64,000 nucleotides of DNA from Anaeromyxobacteraceae bacterium (lineage in GTDB: Bacteria; Myxococcota; Myxococcia; Myxococcales; Anaeromyxobacteraceae): positions 162,051 through 226,050 of the forward strand of contig JAULAX010000007.1 in NCBI GenBank assembly GCA_032654565.1, given 5' to 3'. Under the pieces are notes generated by a model. The model had not been told where the DNA came from and ran no database searches. It was given only the letters and a program-made list of their open reading frames with translations. Shown one piece after another: positions 54,387 to 64,000 of the stretch. The position numbers and the translations under genes are program-made. The stretch's first letter is position 1. Each line of letters starts with the position of its first letter.

Positions 54387-54473
54387 GAACTACTCTGGGA
54401 CGGGAGGGGCGGGAGGGGGAACTACTCTGGGACGGGAGGGGCGGGAGGGGGAACTACTCTGGGACGGGAGGGG
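54387..54473 (+). repeat. 32-bp tandem repeat, about 2.7 copies, G-tract rich
   Basis: GAACTACTCTGGGACGGGAGGGGCGGGAGGGG at 54387 and 54419, partial at 54451. Confidence 0.95.
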
Positions 54474-54488
54474 GGGACGGGAAAGGTG

Positions 54489-55415
54489 CTACGGGGCCGA
54501 ACTCCCCACCGGTCGCACCTGCGGGTGCCCCAGGCTCCCGAAGATCTGCAAACCGTACGTCCCCTCGCCGCTGCGGGCGCCCGCCAGGGCCGCATCGAGC
54601 AGCGAGACGAAGGCCCGGTTCTCCGGCTTGGACGAATACGCCGGCGACACCTTGAGCCGGGCCTTCCCGAACAGCGGCGCGAACTCCAGCCGCGGCTGCC
54701 ACGCGAAGTACAGCCCCTCCCCGGTCAGCTCCACCTCGCCCCCGCTGGCGCCCAGCTTCTCGAACGTCCCCTTGCCGTCCTTGAGCACCAGCTCGACCAC
54801 CAGCTCGCCGAACCTGGCCGCCGGCAGGGTGAGCGCGCCCGCGCCCGGCACGTTGACCTTTCCGCCCGTGAGCCCGGCCTCCTTGACGTTCAGCGTCAGC
54901 CGCCCCTCCGGCTTCGCCTTCTCGTCGGCGGGCAGGAGCAGCAGCCCCGACCCCGTGGCCACCCCCGCCAGGTCGACCCCCAGGGCCATCCGCAGCGGCA
55001 GCGCCCGGGCCAGGTCGATCCCCACCAGCTCGGCCCGGTACTCCTGCGGTCCGGCCGCCAGGTCGAAGGCCCCGCGCAGCCGCCCGTCGTAGATCCAGGC
55101 CTCCACCGCGATCCGGCGCCGCCCGGTGAGCAGCGGCCACAGCGGCAGCGTCAGGTCGATCCGCTCCACCGGGACGGTGAGCCCCGACTTGTCCTTGAGC
55201 GTGACGTCGCGCAGCGACAGGCCGATGATCCCCGCCGCCCCGGTCTCGCCGGCCTGCACCTGCCAGCCGCGCTCCGCCGCCGCCAGCGACAGCCGCTCCA
55301 GCAGCGCCCCGGTGGGGAAGGTCCAGCGCAGCGCCAGCAGCAGCGCCACGACGAAGAAGGCGCCGTAGAGGAGGCGGGGCTTCCAGGTGCTCCAGTCGAT
55401 CTTCATGGCAGCCAT
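54489..55415 (-). CDS. gspN: T2SS protein GspN
   Basis: N-terminal TM with TFP motif, beta-rich body; last gene of the gsp operon. Confidence 0.75.
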   Translation of the reverse strand: MAAMKIDWSTWKPRLLYGAFFVVALLLALRWTFPTGALLERLSLAAAERGWQVQAGETGAAGIIGLSLRDVTLKDKSGLTVPVERIDLTLPLWPLLTGRRRIAVEAWIYDGRLRGAFDLAAGPQEYRAELVGIDLARALPLRMALGVDLAGVATGSGLLLLPADEKAKPEGRLTLNVKEAGLTGGKVNVPGAGALTLPAARFGELVVELVLKDGKGTFEKLGASGGEVELTGEGLYFAWQPRLEFAPLFGKARLKVSPAYSSKPENRAFVSLLDAALAGARSGEGTYGLQIFGSLGHPQVRPVGSSAP

Positions 55416-55423
55416 CCCGGGGC

Positions 55424-55981
55424 TCAGCCCTTCATCTGGTAGGTGGCCACCACCACCGTGGCGTCCACCAGCTTGGGGTCGTCGGTGCGCGTGGCGACGC
55501 GGAGGCGTCGGACCTTCACCATCCCGGGGCCGCGCTCCAGCCCCTGGACCAGCTGCGCCAGCTTGCCGAGCTCGATCCGGACCAGGTTCACCTCGACGCT
55601 CTCCTCCATGACGCCGTCGATCTCGGCCGGCGCACCGGTGGGGCGCAGGTCGGTCACCTCGACGCCCATCGAGGCGCCCACCTTCGAGACGTGGCTCATC
55701 AGCTGGATCGGCTGCCCCTTGAGGCGCGCCTCCAGCGCGGTCCGCTCCAGCTGCACCCGCCGGTAGCCGCCGGCCAGGCGGCCCACCTGCTCGAGCACCT
55801 TCCCCTTCTCGACGATGCGCGACTCGCGGGCCCGCACCGAGGCGCTCATCCCCGCCGCCACCAGCGAGCCGAAGAAGACCAGGACCGCGGCCGCGGCGGC
55901 CCCCACCAGCACCCGCTCGCGGGGGGAGAGCCGTCCCAGCCAGGACTCGATCTCGGCGCGGAGTTGCTTGAGCCGTTCCAT
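55424..55981 (-). CDS. gspM: T2SS protein GspM
   Basis: LSPRER.L motif, TM, coiled coil, ferredoxin-like C-domain. Confidence 0.85.
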   Translation of the reverse strand: MERLKQLRAEIESWLGRLSPRERVLVGAAAAAVLVFFGSLVAAGMSASVRARESRIVEKGKVLEQVGRLAGGYRRVQLERTALEARLKGQPIQLMSHVSKVGASMGVEVTDLRPTGAPAEIDGVMEESVEVNLVRIELGKLAQLVQGLERGPGMVKVRRLRVATRTDDPKLVDATVVVATYQMKG

Positions 55982-55983
55982 GG

Positions 55984-57597
55984 TCACTCCCCTCCCGCCG
56001 CGCCCTCGGCGCAGCCGAGCGCCGAGTCGATGGAGAACTCGAACTTCCCGTCCGAGGTCCGCTTCCGCGCCCCGCCAGAGCGGGCGTCGGCGAAGCACTT
56101 GGAGCCGTGCAGCGAGGCCACCAGCCGGTCGACGTGCTCGGCGGCGTCGGCCACCCCCTGCAGGTGGAGCTTGCGGTCGGTGATGTCGATCTTCTCCAGC
56201 TTGAGCGGCGCACCCTCGGGCAGCCGGCCGGAGAGGTCGCCGATCACGTCCACCGCCGAGGTCTTGGGGATGGCCGCGCCCGGCACCCCGCGACCGCGCA
56301 GCGCCGACAGCGCCTCCTCGTAGTTGACGTAGCACTTCTTCAGCACCTTCTCCTCGGCGTCACAGAGGGCGCGGTCGATCGCCGCCTCCTGCCGGGACAG
56401 GGTGTAGAGCTTCACCACCTGCGAGGCCACCGCCAGCAGCAGGACCGCGCCCACCGCCACCGCCAGCCGGGTCACCTTGCCCTTGAGGTGCTCGAAGTCG
56501 CGGGTGTAGGCGAGGTCGCCGCGCCGGAGGTTGACCCGCCCGACCCTGGCCCCGAGGTGGCCGCGCAGCGCCGCCGCCAGCGCCAGCGCCAGCGCTCCGG
56601 CCTCGGCCGCGGGCAGCGAGGCCGCCGATCCCGCCAGGGCCAGCGGGAGCACCGGTCCGTCCACCTCGGCCGCCAGCCGCTCCGCCAGCCCGGCCCGCCG
56701 CCCCAGCCCGCCGGCCAGCCAGAGGCGGGTCAGCGGCGCCGCCCCGGCCCGGGCCCGCCAGGCCCGGAGCGTCGACCGGATCTCCCGGACCAGCGGCACC
56801 AGGGCGCGGGTCAAGGCCGCCTCGACGCGCGGCTCGACCGAGAGCGCCGCCAGCATGTCCGGCAGCGGCTCGCCGTCCGGCTCCGCGGACAGCAGCAGCG
56901 CCGCGTCGGCCTCGCTGATGCCCAGGTCACGGGCCAGGGCCCGCGCCACCGTGGCCGCGCCCGACGGGATGGTCCGGGCCGCCGCCAGCGCCCCGCCCGA
57001 CACCACGCAGACCTGGGTGCGGCTCTGGCCCAGGTCGAGGATGGCCTGGCAGGCCGGCGCGGCGCCCGCCTCGGGGGGCTCGCCGGCCAGCACGCCCGGC
57101 GCGAAGAGCGCCGACAGCACCGCCGCCGGCGGCGCCACCACCCGGGGGTCGATGCCGGCCGCGGCCAGCGCCCCCAGCAGCTCCGACAGCTCGGCCCGCG
57201 GTCCCACCCCGACCCAGAGGTCGGTCGAGGTCCCGCGCTCGCCGAGCGGCTCCCAGTCCCAGGCCGCCTCGTCGAGCTCCCAGGGGATCTGCGCCTCCAC
57301 CTCGAAGGCCAGCGTCTGGGCGATGCGGCGCGGGTCGGTGAAGGGGAGGGTGATGACGTGGGAGGCCAGCGTCGCACCGGGCACGGTGGCCACGCAGCCG
57401 TCGGGGCGCCAGCCCTGCTCGGCGAGGAGCCGTCCCAGCGCCGCCGCCTGCCGCTGGGCCAGCGGCTCGCCCTCGGCCGGTGGGGCCAGCGGCACCGTGG
57501 CGTGCCCGATGACGGTGAAGCCGCGGTAGCTGCTCTCCAGCAGCACCGCCTTCACCGCGCGGGCCCCCAGGTCCAGCCCAAGCATGGTCTGCGCCAT
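55984..57597 (-). CDS. gspL: T2SS GspL (PilM-like actin domain plus periplasmic domain)
   Basis: LGLDLGA, LPF, FEVE.QIP, LDLG, LAGG, VNLRRG, then TM. Confidence 0.85.
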   Translation of the reverse strand: MAQTMLGLDLGARAVKAVLLESSYRGFTVIGHATVPLAPPAEGEPLAQRQAAALGRLLAEQGWRPDGCVATVPGATLASHVITLPFTDPRRIAQTLAFEVEAQIPWELDEAAWDWEPLGERGTSTDLWVGVGPRAELSELLGALAAAGIDPRVVAPPAAVLSALFAPGVLAGEPPEAGAAPACQAILDLGQSRTQVCVVSGGALAAARTIPSGAATVARALARDLGISEADAALLLSAEPDGEPLPDMLAALSVEPRVEAALTRALVPLVREIRSTLRAWRARAGAAPLTRLWLAGGLGRRAGLAERLAAEVDGPVLPLALAGSAASLPAAEAGALALALAAALRGHLGARVGRVNLRRGDLAYTRDFEHLKGKVTRLAVAVGAVLLLAVASQVVKLYTLSRQEAAIDRALCDAEEKVLKKCYVNYEEALSALRGRGVPGAAIPKTSAVDVIGDLSGRLPEGAPLKLEKIDITDRKLHLQGVADAAEHVDRLVASLHGSKCFADARSGGARKRTSDGKFEFSIDSALGCAEGAAGGE

Positions 57598-57601
57598 CTC
57601 G

Positions 57602-58957
57602 TTACTCCTCGCGCCAGTGGATGAGCCGCCCCAGGTCGGTCGCGTCCTCGCGGGCCTGGACCGGATCGAAGCTCACCACCGCCTCGATGTTCTTGACCAC
57701 CGAGCCGGCGCTCCCCTGCCCGCGGATGCGGAAGACGAAGGAGCGATCGGTGAAGGCGCCCCGCCGGTCGGTGTTCTTCGGCGAGGTGTAGTCGGGGTGG
57801 ACCCCGACCCCCAGCGACTCCAGCACCCCGGCGAACTGCTGTGGCGACATGGTGACGAACCCGCCCAGCCGCACCAGCTTGACCGCCTGGAAGAGCCGGT
57901 CGGGGAAGGTCGGGTCGGAGAAGACCGGCTGGACGGGCGGGTCGGCCATGATGCGGGCGTTGCGGAACAGCTCGACGACGTCGTCGGCGTTGACGTTCAT
58001 CTTCCCGTCGCGCGCCGGGTAGACGGTGAGCCGCTCGCCGAAGGCGGCCATGTGGAGGTCGGAGAAGCCGGCCACCATGAAGAGCTCCTCGAGCGAGTCG
58101 AAGCGGGCGTTCTTGGCCTTGTAGCGGTCGGGCCCCCGGTCGTAGACGTAGCTCTCGTCGCCGAAGCCGTTCTCGAACGGGCGGCCGGGGAGGCCGGTGA
58201 CCGCCGACTGCTGCTGGTCCTCGTCCACCCAGTCCCTGAGCGCCGCGGCCAGCTCGTTGCGGCTCTGCTTGACGTTGTTGGCGTCCTCCCGATCGAAGAG
58301 CGGGTCCCAGCGCCGGTCGGACACCAGGGCCATGAAGCTGGCCAGCTGTCCCCCGAGCAGGCCGCCGCTGGCCGACCCGTCGAGCTGGGCGTTCACCTTG
58401 CGGTCCTCGTCGTCGATGGTGGCCGAGAAGCGCCCGGGCGCAGGGCCCTTTCCGGCCTGGCCGGCCGGCACCTCGTCGACGGCCGCCCGGCCGGATGCGG
58501 TCCCCGCCGCCCGGGCCGATCCAGCGCCGGGCCGGCGGCCGGCGCCCTCCGGGAAGAGGTTGGCCACCAGCAGCGAGTCGACCGGCACCAGCTTCCAGAC
58601 CTGGATCCGCGGCATGGCACCGGCCGCTGCGCCCATGGCGGCGGTGGCCCCGGGGGGGGCGCCCGCCTTCCCCGCCCGGCCGGCCAGGCCGGCGACGGCG
58701 GTGGCGGTGGCCGAGGCCTGGGCGTCGAGCTGGGACTGGAAGTGGAGCACCAGCCGCGACAGGTTGACGGCGCCGCGGGCCTGGGCCAGCGCCACCAGCT
58801 CGTCCCGGCCGTTGGCGGCGATCTGCAGGCCGACCCTGGCCTGGTAGGCGAGGTCCATGGCCAGCGCCGTCACCAGCGCCACCGCCACCATGACCACCAG
58901 CAGGGCGGCCCCGCGCTCGCGGCGGCCGGTGCGCCGGCCCTGGTTCGCCCGGGTCAC
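57602..58957 (-). CDS. gspK: T2SS minor pseudopilin GspK
   Basis: RERG|AALLVV, I.DE..KVN, DWVDED, KNA.FDSLEEL, LTVY, NVN. Confidence 0.9.
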   Translation of the reverse strand: MTRANQGRRTGRRERGAALLVVMVAVALVTALAMDLAYQARVGLQIAANGRDELVALAQARGAVNLSRLVLHFQSQLDAQASATATAVAGLAGRAGKAGAPPGATAAMGAAAGAMPRIQVWKLVPVDSLLVANLFPEGAGRRPGAGSARAAGTASGRAAVDEVPAGQAGKGPAPGRFSATIDDEDRKVNAQLDGSASGGLLGGQLASFMALVSDRRWDPLFDREDANNVKQSRNELAAALRDWVDEDQQQSAVTGLPGRPFENGFGDESYVYDRGPDRYKAKNARFDSLEELFMVAGFSDLHMAAFGERLTVYPARDGKMNVNADDVVELFRNARIMADPPVQPVFSDPTFPDRLFQAVKLVRLGGFVTMSPQQFAGVLESLGVGVHPDYTSPKNTDRRGAFTDRSFVFRIRGQGSAGSVVKNIEAVVSFDPVQAREDATDLGRLIHWREE

Positions 58958-58959
58958 GG

Positions 58960-59610
58960 TCAGAACTCCAGCGGCGTGGTGATGGCGACGCGCGCCTGGG
59001 TGGAGAACTTCTCGGTCCGGCCGTCGGCCAGCGTCACCTCGAGCACCATGCGGACCCGGGTGGGCAGCTCGTTGAGCTTCTCCGGGGTCCGCGTCGACCA
59101 CTCCCGGACCCACTCCTTGCGCTTCAGGTCCCAGTACTGGAGCGAGAGCCCCTTCACGTGGGTGGCGACCAGGTCCTTGCGGCCGCCGCGGTCGGGCTCG
59201 TCGTCGAGGCGCACCTTCTCGCGCCGGAAGAGGGCGTCGCCCCCGCTGACTGGATCGCGCTCCACCAGGTACTCGACCAGGGACTGGTCGGACTCCTTGG
59301 CGTCCTGCACCAGCCGGACGTGGGCCATGGTGGAGAAGAGCAGCTTGTCCTCCTGGCCCTTGAAGAGGGAGGGGCGGTCGCGGAAGCGGGCCCGGTCGTA
59401 GTGCTCGGAGAGGAAGGCCATCGAGAGCTCCCTCGACAGCCGCGTCAGGGCCAGCCGCGCTCCGGCGTAGCGCTCGGCCTGGTCCCGGGCCAGCGAGGCG
59501 GCGTGGTCGACCTGCTGGAAGACGCCGGCCGCCATGGCGCCGATCACCGCGGTGATGGCCACCGCGATCATCACCTCGAGCAGCGAGAAGCCGCGGGGGG
59601 CGCGCCTCAC
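58960..59610 (-). CDS. gspJ: T2SS minor pseudopilin GspJ
   Basis: RG|FSLLEVMIA; C-terminal W..W...LP..V. Confidence 0.88.
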   Translation of the reverse strand: MRRAPRGFSLLEVMIAVAITAVIGAMAAGVFQQVDHAASLARDQAERYAGARLALTRLSRELSMAFLSEHYDRARFRDRPSLFKGQEDKLLFSTMAHVRLVQDAKESDQSLVEYLVERDPVSGGDALFRREKVRLDDEPDRGGRKDLVATHVKGLSLQYWDLKRKEWVREWSTRTPEKLNELPTRVRMVLEVTLADGRTEKFSTQARVAITTPLEF

Positions 59611-60404
59611 TGTCCCTCCCCCCAGCGCTGTGGAAGGGGCCTGTCGGTCCGTGGCCCGGGTGGCGCTCCAGGCGGCAGCGCTCCCGTGGGCGCCGCGCCC
59701 GTCGCCTGGGGGTTGAGCCGCTTCTGCATGCCCGGCGTCAGCACCACCAGGTGGGTGACCACCGTGAACGACTCGGTGGTCTTGCCGTCCTTCCAGCCGA
59801 CCGTGAGCCGCAGCTCGCGCACCCCGGACTTGAGCTTCTCGCCCAGCGAGGTGAGCTGCTGCTGGATCATCCCCACCGCCGCGCCCGCCAGCGGGGAGCC
59901 GGCCAGCGAGGTCATGGGGCCGCCGGCGGCGCTGCCCGCGTCGGCCCCCTTGCCCTGCCCCTTGGCGTCGATCCCGAGCAGGCCGGCCACGCCGCCCTCG
60001 ACCCCGGTGAGCGCCTTGAGGACGGCGTCGGGCCCCAGCTCGAGCTGCGGCTTGATGGCCTCCACCTTCCAGGTCACCTCGGGGTGCCCGTCGTCATCGA
60101 AGGTGCCCTCCTCGGTCTGGTCGAAGTCGCGGAAGCCCTCCTCCTCGAACTTGGCCTCGGCCTCGGCCAGCCGCCCCCGGGCCAGCATGGTGGCCACCTC
60201 GAGCTGCCGCGCCCGGACGTGGTTGCGGAGCGCGCCGCCCACCACGTCGGAGGCGGCGGTGAGCGCCAGCGCCAGCACCGCCAGCGCCACCATCACCTCG
60301 AGCAGCGTGAAGCCGCGGACCGGGCACGGCCCGGCGACGCCGCGGCCCGGACCCGGAACCGGACGCGGAACGCCAGCGCCGCGGCGGTCGGAGACGCCGG
60401 TCAC
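59607..60404 (-). CDS. gspI: T2SS minor pseudopilin GspI
   Basis: RG|FTLLEVMVALAV; operon position; start uncertain. Confidence 0.8.
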   Translation of the reverse strand: MTGVSDRRGAGVPRPVPGPGRGVAGPCPVRGFTLLEVMVALAVLALALTAASDVVGGALRNHVRARQLEVATMLARGRLAEAEAKFEEEGFRDFDQTEEGTFDDDGHPEVTWKVEAIKPQLELGPDAVLKALTGVEGGVAGLLGIDAKGQGKGADAGSAAGGPMTSLAGSPLAGAAVGMIQQQLTSLGEKLKSGVRELRLTVGWKDGKTTESFTVVTHLVVLTPGMQKRLNPQATGAAPTGALPPGAPPGPRTDRPLPQRWGEGQ

Positions 60405-61015
60405 CGGTCCGCCTCCACCTTGCCGGTGACCACCCGGGCCCGCCCGGTGAAGGGCTCGAGCACCACGGTGAAGACCAGGTCGCCGTCCACCACCGGGATG
60501 AAGGCGCGCTGCGCCTGCCCGCCCGGGAAGAAGTGGACGTAGGCCACCCCCTCCTCGATGGCCTGGCTGCGCCCCTCGATCCGGATGGGGCCGAAGCTGG
60601 TCTTGCCCGGCAGGACCCGCTTCGCCGCCAGCCGGTCCTCGAAGGCGCCGAAGCGGGTCTGCGCCATCAGGCGGCGTCGATCGGCGTCGCGCTCGTCGGG
60701 GAAGCGCTCCTCCAGCTCGCGGGAGACGCGGGAGGGCTGGTCCTGGCGCGCCAGCGTCACCGCGCGCGGCGCGCACTCGGCCCAGGTGGCGTGGTTGTCG
60801 ATGTCGATGGCCAGCCGGCAGGTGGCGTTCCGGAGCGAGGCGGTGTCGAAGAGGTAGCGGAGGGTGCCGGCCAGCTCGCCGGCCGCCTGCTTGGCGTTGG
60901 CGCCGGTGATGCCGCGCAGCGCCGGGACGGCGGCGGCGGAGATGACCGCCACCACGGCGATCACCACCATCAGCTCGATGAGGGTGAACCCTCGCGCTGT
61001 GCCGCGGCCGGTCAC
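60401..61015 (-). CDS. gspH: T2SS minor pseudopilin GspH
   Basis: [14 protein letters not shown] and P.TG motifs. Confidence 0.85.
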   Translation of the reverse strand: MTGRGTARGFTLIELMVVIAVVAVISAAAVPALRGITGANAKQAAGELAGTLRYLFDTASLRNATCRLAIDIDNHATWAECAPRAVTLARQDQPSRVSRELEERFPDERDADRRRLMAQTRFGAFEDRLAAKRVLPGKTSFGPIRIEGRSQAIEEGVAYVHFFPGGQAQRAFIPVVDGDLVFTVVLEPFTGRARVVTGKVEADR

Positions 61016-61021
61016 GGGCTC

Positions 61022-61435
61022 CTAGGGGTTCACGACGTCGGCGTTCTCGCCCTCGCCGCCGGGCTGCTTGTCGGCGCCGTAGCTCTTGACGTCGAAGCCG
61101 TCGGGGTGGGCCTGGCCGGGGTAGAGGTAGATGTACTCCTGCCCCCACGGGTCGAGGATCTTGCCGCCCTTGTTGGCCTTGATGAACTTCTCCTGGATGA
61201 GGACGTTGAGCCCCTCCTCGGTGGTCGGGTAGCGGCCGCGCATCACCTTGAAGGCGTCCACCCCCTGGCTGGCGATGTTGCGCACGTCGGTCTCGGCCTG
61301 CTTGGTCTTGGCTTCGCCGAGGCGGCCCACCACGTTGACGGCCACCGCCGAGGCCACCAGGCCGATGATCACCAGCACCACCATGATCTCGATGAGGGTC
61401 ATGCCGCGCTCGGCGCGGCGCTTGCGGGCTTCCAT
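61022..61435 (-). CDS. gspG: T2SS major pseudopilin GspG
   Basis: RG|MTLIEIMVV, RYPTTEEGL, DPWG..Y.Y, SYGAD..PGGEG; RBS GGAGG. Confidence 0.95.
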   Translation of the reverse strand: MEARKRRAERGMTLIEIMVVLVIIGLVASAVAVNVVGRLGEAKTKQAETDVRNIASQGVDAFKVMRGRYPTTEEGLNVLIQEKFIKANKGGKILDPWGQEYIYLYPGQAHPDGFDVKSYGADKQPGGEGENADVVNP

Positions 61436-61481
61436 GGGGACGACCTCCGGTGAAGCGAGAGCGGTCGGGGACATGTCCAGC

Positions 61482-62708
61482 TCACCCGGCCAGCGTGTTG
61501 ATCTGCAGGATCGGCATGAGGACCGAGAAGACGATGAAGGTCACCACCGCGCCCATGAGCACGATCATCAGCGGCTCCATGAGCGAGGTGAGCGCGCCCA
61601 CGGTGGTGTCCACCTGGTCCTCGTAGGCGTCGGCCACGTTCCCCAGCATCTCCTCGAGCGAGCCGGAGCGCTCGCCGATGGCCACCATGTGGTGGACCAG
61701 CGGGGGGAACTCCCCGGAGCGCTTGAGCGGGGCGGCGATCGACTCGCCCTCCTGGATGGCCTGGCGGGCCTGCTCGATCACCTCGGCGAGGCGGACGTTG
61801 CCCACCACGTTCTTGACGATGTCCATCGCCGCCAGCAGCGGCACGCCGCTCTTGAGCAGCGTGGCCAGGGTGCGGGTGAAGCGGCCGATGGCGATGGTGC
61901 GGATGAGCCGGCCGAAGATGGGGACGGTGAGCTTGAAGCGGTCCCAGCGGGCGCGGCCGGCGGTGGTCTCCTTCCAGCGCAGGAAGCCCCAGAAGGCGGC
62001 CCCGGCCAGCAGCACCAGCGCCCACCACCAGTTGGAGACGAAGGTGGAGAAGCCCATCAGCAGCCGGGTGGTGAGGGGGAGCGTCACCTGGGTGTCCTCG
62101 AAGATCTTGGTGATCTTGGGGATGACCACCGCGAAGAGGATGAGCATGATGGCGCCGCCCACCACCGCCATGGCGGCCGGGTAGGTGAGCGCCCCCATGA
62201 CCTTGGAGCGGAGCCGGGCCTGGCCCTCGGTGAAGTCGGCCAGCCGCACCAGCACCACGTCGAGGGCGCCCGAGGACTCGCCGGCCCGGATCATGTTGAC
62301 GTAGAGGGTGGTGAAGACCTTGCCGTGGACGGCCAGCGCGTCGGCCAGCGAGGCGCCCTCGTTGACCCGCTGCTTGACGTCGGAGATGACCCGCTTGAGC
62401 CGCTCGTGCTCGACCTGCTCGACCAGGGCGTTGAGGGCCTCCACCAGGGGGATGCCGGCGTGGACCAGCACCGCCAGCTGCCGGGTCATGACCGCGAGGT
62501 CCTCGGCGCTGACCCGGCCGATCACCCAGCGGCGCACGTTGACCTCGCGGGCCTGCTGCGCCTGCTGCTGCTTCTCGCCCAGCACCTCGGTGAGGAAGAC
62601 CCCGTCGCGCTTCAGCGCGGCGCGCAGCGTCTTGGGGGACTCGGCCTCCTTGAGCCCCTGCACCGGCTTGCCGGCGGCGGACAGCGCCTTGTATTCGAAG
62701 ACCGGCAT
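61482..62708 (-). CDS. gspF: T2SS inner membrane platform GspF
   Basis: TRQLA.L..AGIPL, AGE.SG.L, LTYP, GERSG.L, EP. Confidence 0.95.
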   Translation of the reverse strand: MPVFEYKALSAAGKPVQGLKEAESPKTLRAALKRDGVFLTEVLGEKQQQAQQAREVNVRRWVIGRVSAEDLAVMTRQLAVLVHAGIPLVEALNALVEQVEHERLKRVISDVKQRVNEGASLADALAVHGKVFTTLYVNMIRAGESSGALDVVLVRLADFTEGQARLRSKVMGALTYPAAMAVVGGAIMLILFAVVIPKITKIFEDTQVTLPLTTRLLMGFSTFVSNWWWALVLLAGAAFWGFLRWKETTAGRARWDRFKLTVPIFGRLIRTIAIGRFTRTLATLLKSGVPLLAAMDIVKNVVGNVRLAEVIEQARQAIQEGESIAAPLKRSGEFPPLVHHMVAIGERSGSLEEMLGNVADAYEDQVDTTVGALTSLMEPLMIVLMGAVVTFIVFSVLMPILQINTLAG

Positions 62709-62712
62709 GGGG

Positions 62713-64000
<1,288 letters not shown>

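Larger units (their letters stand above)
53112..54470. mobile_element. Putative HUH/Y1 transposase element bounded by 19-bp inverted repeats
   Basis: Left CTCCCGTCCGAGAGTAGTT (53112-53130) is the reverse complement, with 1 mismatch, of AACTACTCTGGGACGGGAG at 54388, 54420 and 54452; encloses the transposase gene. Confidence 0.7.

Noticed and set aside
54387..54473. 32-bp repeats as a CRISPR array
   Set aside because: Units are head-to-tail with no unique spacers, and there are no cas genes in the window
53104..54488. dif site or replication terminus explaining the skew flip
   Set aside because: No XerC/XerD-like 28-bp AT-rich dif sequence is visible; cannot be assessed from this window alone

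Overview
Very GC-rich DNA whose gene content and order look myxobacterial (Anaeromyxobacter-like; inferred from synteny, not from a search). It is mostly core envelope and motility genes: a type IVa pilus cluster (pilI'/pilG/pilA divergent from pilD-pilS2-[STT3/AglB-like OST]-pilR2-[XRE]-pilMNOPQ-lipoprotein), mglC-efp-accBC, sgmX-ExeA-like ATPase-tamB-Omp85, tolQRAB-ppx-HAD, murI-ftsEX-envC-ctpA, a GT2 glycosyltransferase, ftsY, smc, an orphan MCP, and T2SS gspE'-N. Three things stand out. (1) A full-length archaeal-AglB-type oligosaccharyltransferase with a degenerate WWDYG motif sits between the pilS2 and pilR2 homologues; PilA has no N-X-S/T sequon, but two nearby Cys-rich lipoproteins have D-X-N-X-S sites. 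(2) An HUH/Y1 (RAYT-like) transposase gene has a sigma54-type promoter and is bracketed by 19-bp inverted repeats; the right-hand copy is amplified into a 32-bp G-quadruplex-like tandem array, and the local G/C strand skew flips there. (3) A small XRE regulator is translationally coupled to pilM, behind a phased array of operator-like repeats. No rRNA, tRNA or CRISPR array was seen. Starts were refined by eye from the ORF track; no database searches were run.
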